The position numbers and the translations under genes are program-made. The notes beneath the pieces were generated by a model, which was given only the letters and a program-made list of their open reading frames with translations, did no database searches and was not told the DNA's origin. A DNA stretch of 64,000 nt from Gammaproteobacteria bacterium (GTDB lineage Bacteria; Pseudomonadota; Gammaproteobacteria; AKS1): positions 24,080 to 88,079 of the forward strand of contig JALTKS010000038.1 of the NCBI GenBank assembly GCA_027006175.1, written 5' to 3'. Positions 16,794 to 27,323 of this stretch are shown here, piece after piece. How positions within the stretch are numbered: the stretch's first letter is position 1; every line of letters starts with the position of its first letter.

Positions 16794-19211
16794 CTACCAC
16801 CCACCTGTCATCTGAAACGCTGCCCACTGATTGGGTCGTGGATATTTTTTCATTGTAACAATTTGTGCCTGGCGCAAGGCTTCTGCCTTGCCGAGTTTTT
16901 TCAGGTTTTTATAAAATGCCGTCATTAATACTCGTGTTGATTCATCCGGCACACTCCAGAGACTGGATACCACTGTTTGTGCGCCAGCATAAAGGAAACC
17001 ACGATTTAAACCAATCACATCATCACCTTGCCTGACATCACCTAAACCTGTCTGGCATGCGGAGAGGCTTACCAGTGCGGCATTCAAATCAAGATCATAA
17101 ACTTCGGTGGTGGTTAAACTGCCATCATTTTTTGTATCTGGTGCTAATAATAAACGAGACTTTTCCGGTGCCTGCGGATTAAACTGACCATGACTCGCCA
17201 TATGAATATAGCGGAACTGATTTGCCTGTTGCTTTAACTGTGTTTCCGATGCTTGTTTGCGTAACACAACTTTTGATTTAGACCAATAACGGGCTATCGC
17301 ACGTGCTTCATCTTCTGCGCCAGGTAAATCCATGCGTGGATTATTTAAATCCGGATTACCCAATACTAACAATTCATTTTGCGTCGCCACCGGTTTTGCT
17401 AAAAAGCGTATTACCGATGCCGAAGGCAATAAACGTAGCCGGTATTTTTTAATCAGATATTGATTCTTGCCCAATACATTAAAAGGCAGGTAATGCAGCA
17501 CACCATGCGGGACAATTGTCAGGCGTTTAAAACTGCTGATATCCTCTGCCAATGGCGCAACAAGCTGCTGATAGAGCTGGGCAGAATACTTTTTCCAGAC
17601 CGGTTTGGCTTGTTCAACTGCTGCACGTAAACGCCCGACCTTTTCTTTAAGCCCATTGGCATCCAGTTTGATGACCTTGATTACACGAGGTGTTAGCAAA
17701 AAGACATATAACGCTTTTTCGTTCTGGTAATAATATTCCAGCAAGGCTTCATCCTGTTTCAGCAATGACTGGATATTTTTTGCCTTTAAACTGCTCACTG
17801 TCACCAGTGATGCCAGCTCCGGATTACGGCGACGAATATTTTCACGGGTGTTTTTAATTGCTCTTGCATTACCCTGCCGTTCAAGTTTGTCCAGTTTTGT
17901 TAACAACGCATGACTGTTTACGCTTTGTCCATGTACTTTAAACGTCTTGCGATAGGCAAGCATGTCCACCAGTGCTCGCGCTTTAGCACGTTCAGCATAA
18001 TTAAACGCTTCAGCGTCCTTACCTTGCTCGCCCAGCACCGCGATTAACTGCTGATAAATTTCCTGCTTGTCACCAACAAAACCAATTTTAAACCGTTCAA
18101 TATTGATTGAGGAACGCTGCGCTTCAATCACTTCAATGGCGCGTTTAAAATAACCGGCTGCCTCATCGGCTTTAGCTTCGTGCAAAGCAATCCGCCCACG
18201 ATCATAAAGCACCAGATAATGCATCTGCCCGAAACCTTTCAGACGCGGTTCTGCCAGAGATTTGTCATAACCCTGTTTGGCTTCTTTTAGATGCCCGGTC
18301 TCCAGCAAACTGCGGTAGAGCATGAAGCGTGATTCAAAATGGTAAATATAATTGATGTCTTCAATACTGACGGCACCGTAAGATGCCGAGGCAACAAGAT
18401 AGTTTGCCGGGTTAATAATATTTGCCACCGATACCGTATCAATCAGTAAGCCACCCAGACCGACATCTGTATCCTGATTCATTACGGTTAAGGCTTTATC
18501 ATACTGCTTTGCTGCAAAGTAAATGCGTGCGGCAGCAGCGCGACGGGTAATATCATACTGTCGGGTATTCAACGTACCGGTGTTAATCGCTGTGATCTGT
18601 TCTGCGATAGCTTTAGCACGTGTCCAGTTCCCTTTGGCAACATAAGCCAGCCCCAGGTAACCACGCGCTGGGATACTCCATGCCTGCGTTTGTTCTTTTT
18701 TTACCTCACCATCCTGACCCAGAGTAAAAATACTCACAAAGGCTTTACTGGCACTGCCCGCTTCCTGCTCATGTTTAAGCTGAAAAATATTTTTATCTGC
18801 CAGTTCTACGGCGCGACCTGCATATTGAATAACCTCATCATACTGACCGAGTGCCAGGTAGGCTTCTGCCAGCAGGGTCTTTAAGCGAAACTCAGATTGC
18901 GGGCGGTTATAAAACATTTTCCGCACACTCAACACCATGGCTGAATTGTTTTCATACTCCATGTAGCCATCTGCTGCTGCAACACGTTGGCTCAGCTTTT
19001 TATGACAACTAAAAAATGATTTGAACTCACGCACCCGTAGCAAACTCTGGCAAACATAATAATGCTCTTGCACGGATAGCTGGTTTAGATCCTGCTTTTT
19101 GGCACTGGCAACAAGTTGTTGATTGTCACCGCGAACGGCTTGTCGGGTAATCGTGCTATTACAGGCAGCAAGACTGAGCAAACTTATAAGAATAAGAAGA
19201 CGTTTAAACAT
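16794..19211 (-). CDS. TPR-repeat / CHAT-domain (caspase-like protease fold) lipoprotein
   Basis: 805 aa with a lipobox (LLSLAAC). A long TPR-like helical region precedes a C-terminal CHAT domain. The CHAT signatures are LTIVPHGVLHYLPFNVL, the His site IHMASHGQF, and the Cys site LVSLSACQTG...GLNRGFLYAGAQTVVSSLWSVPD. Confidence 0.85.
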   Translation of the reverse strand: MFKRLLILISLLSLAACNSTITRQAVRGDNQQLVASAKKQDLNQLSVQEHYYVCQSLLRVREFKSFFSCHKKLSQRVAAADGYMEYENNSAMVLSVRKMFYNRPQSEFRLKTLLAEAYLALGQYDEVIQYAGRAVELADKNIFQLKHEQEAGSASKAFVSIFTLGQDGEVKKEQTQAWSIPARGYLGLAYVAKGNWTRAKAIAEQITAINTGTLNTRQYDITRRAAAARIYFAAKQYDKALTVMNQDTDVGLGGLLIDTVSVANIINPANYLVASASYGAVSIEDINYIYHFESRFMLYRSLLETGHLKEAKQGYDKSLAEPRLKGFGQMHYLVLYDRGRIALHEAKADEAAGYFKRAIEVIEAQRSSINIERFKIGFVGDKQEIYQQLIAVLGEQGKDAEAFNYAERAKARALVDMLAYRKTFKVHGQSVNSHALLTKLDKLERQGNARAIKNTRENIRRRNPELASLVTVSSLKAKNIQSLLKQDEALLEYYYQNEKALYVFLLTPRVIKVIKLDANGLKEKVGRLRAAVEQAKPVWKKYSAQLYQQLVAPLAEDISSFKRLTIVPHGVLHYLPFNVLGKNQYLIKKYRLRLLPSASVIRFLAKPVATQNELLVLGNPDLNNPRMDLPGAEDEARAIARYWSKSKVVLRKQASETQLKQQANQFRYIHMASHGQFNPQAPEKSRLLLAPDTKNDGSLTTTEVYDLDLNAALVSLSACQTGLGDVRQGDDVIGLNRGFLYAGAQTVVSSLWSVPDESTRVLMTAFYKNLKKLGKAEALRQAQIVTMKKYPRPNQWAAFQMTGGW

Positions 19212-19440
19212 GATGGGTATCTCTCTGTACTACGATACCAATCACGTTCCCGGTTCCGGCATCTGAGAATTAATATTGTCCTAGTGCGTTTATTTTAACC
19301 CTATCAATCGTGAATACAAAACATTTGTTAGATTTATCGAACATATCTAAGAACATAAAACCATAATGTACAACTACCGCATTAGTGCCATAACCTATTC
19401 CGAAAATAATCGCTCATGTTTTCTATGGTGACGTTCTCTA

Positions 19441-21909
19441 TTATTTAATAGGCTCAATGCCCCAAATTTTTTCAGCATATTCCTGTATTGCACGGTCACT
19501 CGATAAATGCCCCATCATCGCTACATTCTTTATCGCACTACTCGCCCATGCGTGAGGATTGTCATAAAGTTTATCGGCGTTAAATTGTGCTTCAATGTAA
19601 CTGGCGTAATCAGCACAAAGCATGTATTGATCATGTTCAAGTAACATATCAACAATGGGTTTATAACGGCTTAGATTATCGTGAGAAAAATACCCTGCAC
19701 CGATCATATCAATCACTTCTTTTAAGCGCGGATCATTATTATAAAAATCACGCGAAAAATAACCACGTTGCCATTGCTCACTGACTTCATCTGTGCTCAT
19801 ACCAAAACTAAATATATTGTCATCGCCAACCGCTTCGGCAATTTCAATATTGGCGCCATCTCGTGTACCCACTGTCATCGCACCATTCAGTGCCAGTTTC
19901 ATGTTGCCCGTTCCAGATGCTTCCATTCCTGCCAATGATATTTGCTCTGAAAGGTCCGCCGCAGGAATAATATCTTCCGCCGTTGATACATCATAATTAG
20001 GAATAAAGACAATTCTTAACATCCCTTTAACAACCGGATCATTATTGACAATATCAGCAACATCGTTAATTAACTTGATAATTAATTTAGCCATCGCATA
20101 ACCGGGGGCGGCTTTACCACTAAAAATAACAGTGCGCGGTACCAGGTCATTAATGTCGCCACGACGAATCATATTGTAGCGAGTGATAACATGCAGCACA
20201 TTGAGTAATTGTCGTTTATATTCATGAATACGTTTTACTTGCACATCAAACATTGATGATGGATCTATTTTTATCCCCAGGTGCATTTCAATCTGTTTTG
20301 CCAGATCATGTTTATTTTGATGTTTCACCTTCATAAATTGTTGGTGGAATACGGTGTCATCGGCATATTCCATCAACTCTTCCAATCGTGATAAATTAGT
20401 TAACCAGTTACCTTTTATTTTACTGCTAATTAATTTAGCCAGTTCCGGGTTCGCTTGATTAAGCCAACGTCGCGGGGTAATGCCGTTAGTAATATTAATT
20501 ATTTTGTTCGGGTAAAAATCATCAAACTCAGAAAAAATTGTTTTTCGCATTAACTCGGTGTGAATAGCAGAAACACCATTCACTTTATGGCTGCCAACTA
20601 TTGCAAGATGCGCCATACGAATACGTTTATCCCCCGCATCATCAATAATCGACATCCGCTGTAACTTACCCATGTCACCAGGATATTTATGCATGACATC
20701 GTTTAAGAAACGATGATTAATTTCATAAATTATTTCCAGATGCCGTGGCAACACCGATGCAAATAGCGGTACCGGCCAGGTTTCCAGGGCTTCCGGCAAT
20801 AACGTATGATTTGTATAGGAAAATATCTGGCTACACATTCCCCATGCCTGATCCCATTGCATGGCATGCACATCAACCAGAATTCGCATCAATTCTGCAA
20901 TAGCAATAGAGGGATGCGTATCGTTAAGTTGAATCGCTACTTTGTCTGCTATTTCCAACAAACCTTCATGATTACGCCCATGTCTATTTAAAATATCTTG
21001 TAATGACGCACTAACAAAAAAGTATTGTTGTTTAAGGCGAAGCTCCTGACCCATGATGGTCGTATCATCAGGGTACAAAACTTTTGACAGATTTTCTGAT
21101 TCATTCTTTTCGGCAACGGCTTTAATATAATTGCCTTCATTAAAATATTTTAAATCAAAATCCCGGGATGCTTTTGCTGACCACAAACGCATATTATTGA
21201 CCGTGCCATTTTTATAACCAGGCACAGGTGTATCCACCGCCATTGCCATCACTTCTTCGGCATCCACCCAGTGATGTCGCATACAACCATGCTCGTCACA
21301 AAACTCAACGGCACGTCCACCAAATTTTATTGGATACAATACTTCTGCGCGGGGAAATTCCCATGGGTTGCCATAGCGTAACCAGTTATCGGGGTGCTCT
21401 ACTTGCCAGCCATTTTCAATGCGCTGATTAAACATGCCGTATTCATATCGAATACCGTAGCCGTATCCCGGCATTTTTAATGTGGCGAGTGAATCTAAAA
21501 AACACGCGGCAAGTCTGCCCAAGCCACCATTACCTAAACCGGCATCTGGCTCTAGTGCGCGAATTTCCTCCATATCCACACCCATGTCATGTAATGATTT
21601 TTCGCACTCATCCTGCATGCCAAGATTAAGCATGCCGTTCATTAAGGTTCGTCCCATTAAAAATTCGAGTGATAAATAATAAACACGTTTTACATCCTGA
21701 GAATAATAGTTGCGCATGGTGTCTATCCAGCGCTCCATTAAGCGATCACGCACCACATAGCTCGCCACATTCAACCAATCATGGGGCGTCGCCGTGGACA
21801 AGTCTTTACCCACCGAATATTCAAGCCGATTTTCTAATGAGTGCTTAATTTCGTCCGAGATTATTTTTGCCATGTCCTTATCCCCGAATTGAGTCATAAA
21901 TATCGGCAT
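19441..21909 (-). CDS. glgP: Glycogen/maltodextrin phosphorylase
   Basis: 822 aa with the PLP-site signature EASGTGNMKLALNGA and full-length phosphorylase similarity. The true start may be the internal ATG at 21873 (MAKIISDEIKHSL...). Confidence 0.95.
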   Translation of the reverse strand: MPIFMTQFGDKDMAKIISDEIKHSLENRLEYSVGKDLSTATPHDWLNVASYVVRDRLMERWIDTMRNYYSQDVKRVYYLSLEFLMGRTLMNGMLNLGMQDECEKSLHDMGVDMEEIRALEPDAGLGNGGLGRLAACFLDSLATLKMPGYGYGIRYEYGMFNQRIENGWQVEHPDNWLRYGNPWEFPRAEVLYPIKFGGRAVEFCDEHGCMRHHWVDAEEVMAMAVDTPVPGYKNGTVNNMRLWSAKASRDFDLKYFNEGNYIKAVAEKNESENLSKVLYPDDTTIMGQELRLKQQYFFVSASLQDILNRHGRNHEGLLEIADKVAIQLNDTHPSIAIAELMRILVDVHAMQWDQAWGMCSQIFSYTNHTLLPEALETWPVPLFASVLPRHLEIIYEINHRFLNDVMHKYPGDMGKLQRMSIIDDAGDKRIRMAHLAIVGSHKVNGVSAIHTELMRKTIFSEFDDFYPNKIINITNGITPRRWLNQANPELAKLISSKIKGNWLTNLSRLEELMEYADDTVFHQQFMKVKHQNKHDLAKQIEMHLGIKIDPSSMFDVQVKRIHEYKRQLLNVLHVITRYNMIRRGDINDLVPRTVIFSGKAAPGYAMAKLIIKLINDVADIVNNDPVVKGMLRIVFIPNYDVSTAEDIIPAADLSEQISLAGMEASGTGNMKLALNGAMTVGTRDGANIEIAEAVGDDNIFSFGMSTDEVSEQWQRGYFSRDFYNNDPRLKEVIDMIGAGYFSHDNLSRYKPIVDMLLEHDQYMLCADYASYIEAQFNADKLYDNPHAWASSAIKNVAMMGHLSSDRAIQEYAEKIWGIEPIK

Positions 21910-22058
21910 AACACCTAAAAGCTCAAGCTACACCTATATTCGATCTTATATAACCATATAATTTACAAGGTAAAAGTCAAATTAGATGATTATTTTATAA
22001 ACAATGTTTTGACAGAGACCTATTTTGACGCGATGATAAGTACCTGTGGAGCTTAAAA

Positions 22059-22433
22059 ATGACAAATATTAATCAAGCAAAACAGATGGATTTTGACCAA
22101 TGGCTGGATTTGGCCATGAATGACCCAAAGGGCTTCGAGACCGCGCGCACTGCGGCTATTCAAGGCTTTCTTGACTCAACACCCTCCCATTCCCGTCAGC
22201 GATTAACCGGCTTACAATGGCGCATTGATATGATTCGCCAGCACAGTAAAACACCTATGGCGGCTTGTCAGGTAATTTACAGCATGATGTGGGACCAGTT
22301 AGCGGGAGATGAAGGCATGATTCATTCACTTAAATCCTTTGCAAATGGCACTTTTAACCCACCTGAAACCAAATTTAACGCGGATATTCTGCCTTTCCAG
22401 CCCCGTTTAGAAGAAAACGGCGAACTTAGCTGA
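22059..22433 (+). CDS. DUF3135-like small protein
   Basis: 124 aa. The pattern [16 protein letters not shown]...[15 protein letters not shown]...[16 protein letters not shown] matches my memory of the DUF3135 family. Confidence 0.7.
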   Translation: MTNINQAKQMDFDQWLDLAMNDPKGFETARTAAIQGFLDSTPSHSRQRLTGLQWRIDMIRQHSKTPMAACQVIYSMMWDQLAGDEGMIHSLKSFANGTFNPPETKFNADILPFQPRLEENGELS

Positions 22434-22442
22434 ACTCTACAC

Positions 22443-22471
22443 TTGCCGAATGCGGCAGTTTTCCGTATTAT
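22443..22471 (+). promoter_or_regulatory. Candidate sigma70 promoter for rpmE
   Basis: TTGCCG (22443-22448), a 17-nt spacer, then TATTAT (22466-22471), about 55 nt upstream of the rpmE ATG. Confidence 0.4.
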
Positions 22472-22524
22472 GCGCGCCCTTAACACTGCGTCACAGGGAC
22501 GCACAGATTCTGAGGAAACAGGAC

Positions 22525-22737
22525 ATGAAGCCAGAAATTCACCCATCATACGAAGCCGTAAAGGTGACGTGTAGCTGTGGTAACAGCTTTGAAACAAATT
22601 CAACTGTCGGCAAAGATAGCCTTGCTATTGAAGTCTGCTCAGAATGTCACCCATTCTTCACAGGTAAGCAAAAATTACTTGATACAGAAGGTCGTGTTGA
22701 TAAATTCAAGCAGAAATACGGTCGCCGCAAAGCTTAA
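22525..22737 (+). CDS. rpmE: 50S ribosomal protein L31 (Zn-ribbon type A)
   Basis: [26 protein letters not shown]...[13 protein letters not shown], with four Cys (CxC...CxxC). GAGGAA lies 7 nt upstream of the ATG at 22525. The ORF-track start at 22450 is an upstream extension. Confidence 0.95.
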   Translation: MKPEIHPSYEAVKVTCSCGNSFETNSTVGKDSLAIEVCSECHPFFTGKQKLLDTEGRVDKFKQKYGRRKA

Positions 22738-22742
22738 TTTGC

Positions 22743-23531
22743 ATGCAGCCAACACTGCTTTTAAAGGCGCTCATTGCTGGGCGCCTTTTTTATTGGCTGC
22801 TATTCCCCCTTTCCGCACACGCCGCACCACTCTGTCCACCGGATCATATTAATAGTCAGGCCCAGGTTCGCTATGTCCATGACGGTGATACCTTACGCCT
22901 GAAAAATGGTGAGAAAATCCGTTTAATTGGTATCGATACACCTGAACTTGCCCGGAAAGGGCGTCCTGACGAACCGCTTGCGATTCAGGCACGCGACCGA
23001 TTACGACAATTAGTGGCCGCCAGCAATAATCGGATTAGCCTTAGGCTTGATGACGAGAAACGCGACCGCTATGGGCGACTTCTTGCCCATCTGTACAGCC
23101 AGGATGGCAATAGCCTGTCCGCCCAGTTACTCCAGGATGGTCTGGCGACACTATTGGCCATTCCTCCCAACCTCGATGGGCTTGATTGTTACGCCAGAGC
23201 AGAAAAACAAGCCCAACAGACGAATAAAGGCATATGGCAATTAACGCGATATCAGACGGTGACCAGCACTAGCCTGAAACGTCGCAGCCGTGGCTACCGA
23301 CGGGTCATCGGCAAGGTTATCCGCATTGGTGAAGGTCGCCGTAATCTTTGGCTAAACTTGCCGGGGAAGGTCGCATTTCGTATTGAGAAAAAGGAACTCC
23401 CCTTATTCTACGAACTCAAACCTCGGGAGCTACTTGGCAAAACGATTATTGGCCGTGGCTGGCTGTATCAACGCAAAGGGGAATTACGTATGCGCCTGCG
23501 TACTCCCTATGCGCTTGATATCCTGAACTAA
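22743..23531 (+). CDS. Secreted thermonuclease (SNase)-family nuclease with C-terminal extension
   Basis: 262 aa with a signal peptide (…LFPLSAHA/AP) and SNase motifs VHDGDTLRL..GEKIRLIGIDTPE and RDRYGRLLAHLY. Confidence 0.8.
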   Translation: MQPTLLLKALIAGRLFYWLLFPLSAHAAPLCPPDHINSQAQVRYVHDGDTLRLKNGEKIRLIGIDTPELARKGRPDEPLAIQARDRLRQLVAASNNRISLRLDDEKRDRYGRLLAHLYSQDGNSLSAQLLQDGLATLLAIPPNLDGLDCYARAEKQAQQTNKGIWQLTRYQTVTSTSLKRRSRGYRRVIGKVIRIGEGRRNLWLNLPGKVAFRIEKKELPLFYELKPRELLGKTIIGRGWLYQRKGELRMRLRTPYALDILN

Positions 23532-23548
23532 ACCACGATACTAATACC

Positions 23549-25012
23549 ATGAAATTAAATACCATCATGCGCTACGGCATACTGTTTTTTCTCATCCTGC
23601 TAAGCGGCTGTGCAGCAAACCCTGTCACGGGCGAATCTGATTTTGTCCTTATGTCAGAAGATGAGGAAATCGCCATTGGCCGTCAAAACCACGCTAAAAT
23701 TATTCAGCGTTATGGTTTATACGATAATCCAACGCTACAGGAATACGTGCAAACCGTTGGCAATAAACTCGCTATAAAAAGTCACCGAAGCAATCTTGTT
23801 TTTCGTTTTACCGTTCTCGACAGTAATGAAATTAATGCCTTTGCTTTACCCGGTGGTTACATCTATATCACTCGAGGCTTACTTGCCTATCTTTCCAACG
23901 AGGCAGAACTCGCGGCTGTTTTAGGCCATGAGATTGGTCATGTCACTGCTCGACACGCTGTGCGGCAACAAAGTGCGGCGGCGGCAACCGGTTTCTTTGC
24001 GGCAATACTTGCTTCACAAGCCGACTTTTATGGTGCTGGAAATTTACTCAACACCATTGGGGTCGCACTCATCCGTGGTTATGGGCGTGATAATGAACTG
24101 GAGTCCGATCGTCTTGGCGCCGAATATTTAGCGAAAAGTGGCTATGATCCACTGGCGATGATGGAAGTCATTCGGGTACTTAAAAATCAGGAAATATATG
24201 ACAAACAATTAGCCAAAAAAGAAGATCGTGAACCCAATGCTTATCATGGTGTCTTTGCGACGCATCCAGACAACGACAAACGCTTGCAGGAAGTCATTGG
24301 CCGCGCCAAACAATTACAATCCAATCCATCCACCAATCATCATCAAGTTGCCTTCTTACGAAACATTGAAGGACTTGTCTTTGGTGAAGGTGAAAAACAA
24401 GGCATTGTGCGTGGTAATAAATTTTACCATCGTGAATTAAATATTAAATTAGAACTGCCTCTCAGCTGGCGCATCGAAAACCAACCTAATCGCATTGTTG
24501 CGATTGCGCCTGAAAACAAAGGTTTATTGCAAATTACAGCGGTTGATATCAATAAACGTATTAGCCCTATGCAATTTCTCAAACAACGCCTTAAACTCAG
24601 TCAGTTGCAAAATGGCGAATATTTCAAGAGCCATCAGCTTGAAGGCTATACCGCCATTTCATCCGTGTCGCGCACAGTCTATGGAACGCGTCTGGTCCGT
24701 TTTGTGGTGATTTATAAAAACAATACTGCCTGGATATTTCAAGGGCTTGCCAAAGACGAAAATCAACCCTATCAATTTGATGATGCCATTCTCAACACCG
24801 CCAGAAGTTTTCGTACGCTCACCGCAGCAGAACGCAACAAAGCAAAACCTCGGCGCATACATATCATCACAGCAAGCAAAACAACCCGCTTTGATGTGCT
24901 TGCCCGTGAATCACAACTTGGAGCTAATGCCGAAGCGCAACTTCGATTACTCAATAAACGTTACCCTGATGGCGATCCCATTCCCGGCACCGCATTAAAA
25001 ATCATTCAGTAA
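23549..25012 (+). CDS. M48-family Zn metallopeptidase lipoprotein with extra C-terminal domain
   Basis: 487 aa with a lipobox (LILLSGC) and HEIGHVTARH plus a downstream NELESD glutamate. About 230 aa of C-terminal sequence is of unknown type. Confidence 0.85.
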   Translation: MKLNTIMRYGILFFLILLSGCAANPVTGESDFVLMSEDEEIAIGRQNHAKIIQRYGLYDNPTLQEYVQTVGNKLAIKSHRSNLVFRFTVLDSNEINAFALPGGYIYITRGLLAYLSNEAELAAVLGHEIGHVTARHAVRQQSAAAATGFFAAILASQADFYGAGNLLNTIGVALIRGYGRDNELESDRLGAEYLAKSGYDPLAMMEVIRVLKNQEIYDKQLAKKEDREPNAYHGVFATHPDNDKRLQEVIGRAKQLQSNPSTNHHQVAFLRNIEGLVFGEGEKQGIVRGNKFYHRELNIKLELPLSWRIENQPNRIVAIAPENKGLLQITAVDINKRISPMQFLKQRLKLSQLQNGEYFKSHQLEGYTAISSVSRTVYGTRLVRFVVIYKNNTAWIFQGLAKDENQPYQFDDAILNTARSFRTLTAAERNKAKPRRIHIITASKTTRFDVLARESQLGANAEAQLRLLNKRYPDGDPIPGTALKIIQ

Positions 25013-25071
25013 TCACAACAAATTGAAATAAAGCCGTGTAGAATAGCGCCTATATAAAACGAGTAAACGCC

Positions 25072-26322
25072 ATGACAGACGACTTGAAAAAAGCAGCCCT
25101 GCGATACCATGCCGAACCGTATCCCGGCAAAATTGCAATTGAAGTAACCAAGGCCTGTGCTTCACAACAGGATCTTTCACTGGCTTACACTCCCGGTGTT
25201 GCCGAACCTTGTCGTGAAATAAACGCTAATAAAGAAGCTGCCTACCAATACACCTCAAAAGGCAATCTGGTTGCCGTCATTACTGATGGCACGGCGGTAC
25301 TGGGGCTTGGCAATATTGGTGCATTAGCCGGCAAACCCGTTATGGAAGGCAAGGCGGTATTATTTAAACGCTTTGCCGATATTGATTGCTTCGACATTGA
25401 AGTCGATGCTGAAGAAGCTGATGACTTTGTTGATACGGTGGCACGCATCGCCTCTGGCTTTGGTGGCATTAACCTTGAAGACATTGCCGCGCCACACTGC
25501 TTCGATATTGAAAAACGTTTAATCGAGAAGCTCGATATTCCGGTTTTTCATGATGACCAACACGGAACCGCCATTATTATTACGGCCGGTTTAAAAAATG
25601 CTTTGGAGCTGCAAGGTAAAAACTTCAGTGATATACGCGTGGTGTGTTTAGGCGCAGGTGCTGCCGGTATTGCTGCCATGAATATGTTAATTGCCATGGG
25701 CACACCAAAACAAAATATTATGCTGTGTGATCGAAAAGGTGTCGTACATAGCGGACGTGATGATCTTAATGAACAAAAGCAACTTTTTGCGAGTGCTCAT
25801 ACACAGCGAACTCTGGAAGAAGCCATGCAAGGTGCTGATGTTTGTATCGGTGTCTCTGGTCCTGATTTAATTAGTACCAGAATGGTAAAAAGCATGGCAG
25901 ATAAACCGGTCGTGTTTGCACTGTCTAACCCTGATCCGGAGATTAACCCTGCCGAAGCCTTATCTGCACGTGATGATTTAATTATGGGTACCGGTCGTTC
26001 TGATTATCCTAATCAGGTCAATAATGTTTTAGGTTTTCCATTTATTTTCCGTGGTGCATTAGATGTTCGTGCCAGTGAAATTAATGAGGCCATGAAAGTT
26101 GCGGCAGTGAATGCCTTAGCAAGCCTTGCTAAGGAACCGGTGCCACAATCGGTTTGTGATGCCTATGGTGGTGAACAATTCAAATTTGGTGCCGAATATA
26201 TTATTCCCAAACCACTTGATCCGCGCTTAAAAGATTTTGTCTCTGCTGCCGTGGCTAGCGCTGCTGTTAAATCGGGTGTTGCCAAAAACCCTTACCCTGA
26301 TCATTATCCTGAACAAACATAA
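25072..26322 (+). CDS. NAD(P)-dependent malic enzyme (short, no PTA domain)
   Basis: 416 aa with [37 protein letters not shown] and the Rossmann motif GAGAAGIA. Confidence 0.92.
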   Translation: MTDDLKKAALRYHAEPYPGKIAIEVTKACASQQDLSLAYTPGVAEPCREINANKEAAYQYTSKGNLVAVITDGTAVLGLGNIGALAGKPVMEGKAVLFKRFADIDCFDIEVDAEEADDFVDTVARIASGFGGINLEDIAAPHCFDIEKRLIEKLDIPVFHDDQHGTAIIITAGLKNALELQGKNFSDIRVVCLGAGAAGIAAMNMLIAMGTPKQNIMLCDRKGVVHSGRDDLNEQKQLFASAHTQRTLEEAMQGADVCIGVSGPDLISTRMVKSMADKPVVFALSNPDPEINPAEALSARDDLIMGTGRSDYPNQVNNVLGFPFIFRGALDVRASEINEAMKVAAVNALASLAKEPVPQSVCDAYGGEQFKFGAEYIIPKPLDPRLKDFVSAAVASAAVKSGVAKNPYPDHYPEQT

Positions 26323-26326
26323 CGCC

Positions 26327-26803
26327 ATGCGTAAACTGCTATTAACAAGTCTTTTATCCCTGCTTCTCACTGCCATACCCTACAGTAGCTTTGCCAGTGA
26401 CCGTATTGCACCACTGACAACCATGAATCAACAAACCGGTATTATTGATCTGGGTTTAAAAGGTCAACAATTAGGGCAAATAAAAACCACCTACTTGATT
26501 CCCTTGCAACTTGAGTCAGCACCGATTAAAGCCAGCATTGAAATGTCATTTGTTGTTATCACCACCGGCATTTGTCCAAGCAGTTATTTTCCTACCGAAG
26601 TTTTCTTAAATGGCGAAAGTATTGCCGAAATCGATTTTCGTGAACTGGATGAAGGCTCGAAACAGGCATTGCATATCGAACTCCCCATGCAGCACCAACG
26701 ACAGGGTAAAAATGAAATTAAAATTATTACCGGTGACTGTAATGAAGGTCTTGATAGCCTGCGCTTCAATAATGTTGGTCTACGCATAGAAAAAGCATCA
26801 TAA
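26327..26803 (+). CDS. Hypothetical secreted protein
   Basis: The internal ATG at 26327 gives MRKLLLTSLLSLLLTAIPYSSFA/SD, a clear signal peptide. The ORF-track start at 26237 overlaps the malic enzyme gene. The protein is 158 aa with two Cys and no recognised family. Confidence 0.55.
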   Translation: MRKLLLTSLLSLLLTAIPYSSFASDRIAPLTTMNQQTGIIDLGLKGQQLGQIKTTYLIPLQLESAPIKASIEMSFVVITTGICPSSYFPTEVFLNGESIAEIDFRELDEGSKQALHIELPMQHQRQGKNEIKIITGDCNEGLDSLRFNNVGLRIEKAS

Positions 26804-26910
26804 GCAGCTAGCGTTAAAATCCTACAAAACACAACCGCCACCGCCTACAGACAGGTCTGTTTCCTATAAATAAACTTCTCACACCTGAATAATGTCACGG
26901 AGAGCCAAGG

Positions 26911-27318
26911 ATGGTCCGCTTGTTATTGCTTTGCAGTCTTTTACTGCCGATACCGCTTATCGCAAGCGCCGTTTATCAATCTAACGATAAATATGGCCGC
27001 CCGGTATTCAGTGATACACCCAATAAAAATGGTAAGCACCAATTACTTGAGATTCAAATTCAAAATGATTACGACTGGCATAATCCAGAATTAACGCTTC
27101 GTAAAGCCAGAAAGCTAAAAAAGAAAAAACGTCGTAAGAAAAAGAAAAAATCATATAGCTTTGCCGAACTGCAAAGTAAGTGCGCTCAATCACGCTACCG
27201 GTATCAACACTTTCGTGGTAGCAACACTGCCAGTGACTGGGGAAGCTATAAATCAAAAATCATCAAGTATGCTCAAAAACGTGATTATTGGTGCAGTCGC
27301 GCGTTAAAACGTAAATAA
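26911..27318 (+). CDS. DUF4124-like secreted protein with poly-Lys/Arg tract
   Basis: 135 aa with a signal peptide and the N-terminal motif VYQSNDKYGRPVFSDTP, typical of DUF4124. It also contains a KLKKKKRRKKKKK tract. Confidence 0.65.
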   Translation: MVRLLLLCSLLLPIPLIASAVYQSNDKYGRPVFSDTPNKNGKHQLLEIQIQNDYDWHNPELTLRKARKLKKKKRRKKKKKSYSFAELQSKCAQSRYRYQHFRGSNTASDWGSYKSKIIKYAQKRDYWCSRALKRK

Positions 27319-27323
27319 TTTAT

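Noticed and set aside
22450-22524. N-terminal extensions in the ORF track: rpmE 22450, secreted protein 26237, aroB 36389, WGR 38610, AAA-SPOR 38860, ponA 30602 and SH3b 57422.
   Set aside because: Internal starts give canonical N-termini, signal peptides or proper SD spacing. They also remove overlaps with upstream genes, so the extended versions are artefacts of taking the longest ORF.
27115-27152. A-rich tract (AAAAAGAAAAAACGTCGTAAGAAAAAGAAAAAA) encoding KKKKRRKKKKK, considered as a slipped-strand phase-variation site.
   Set aside because: The longest uninterrupted homopolymer is only about 6 A, interrupted by G/C/T. That is too short for efficient slippage, so it is more simply a basic low-complexity segment of the DUF4124 protein.
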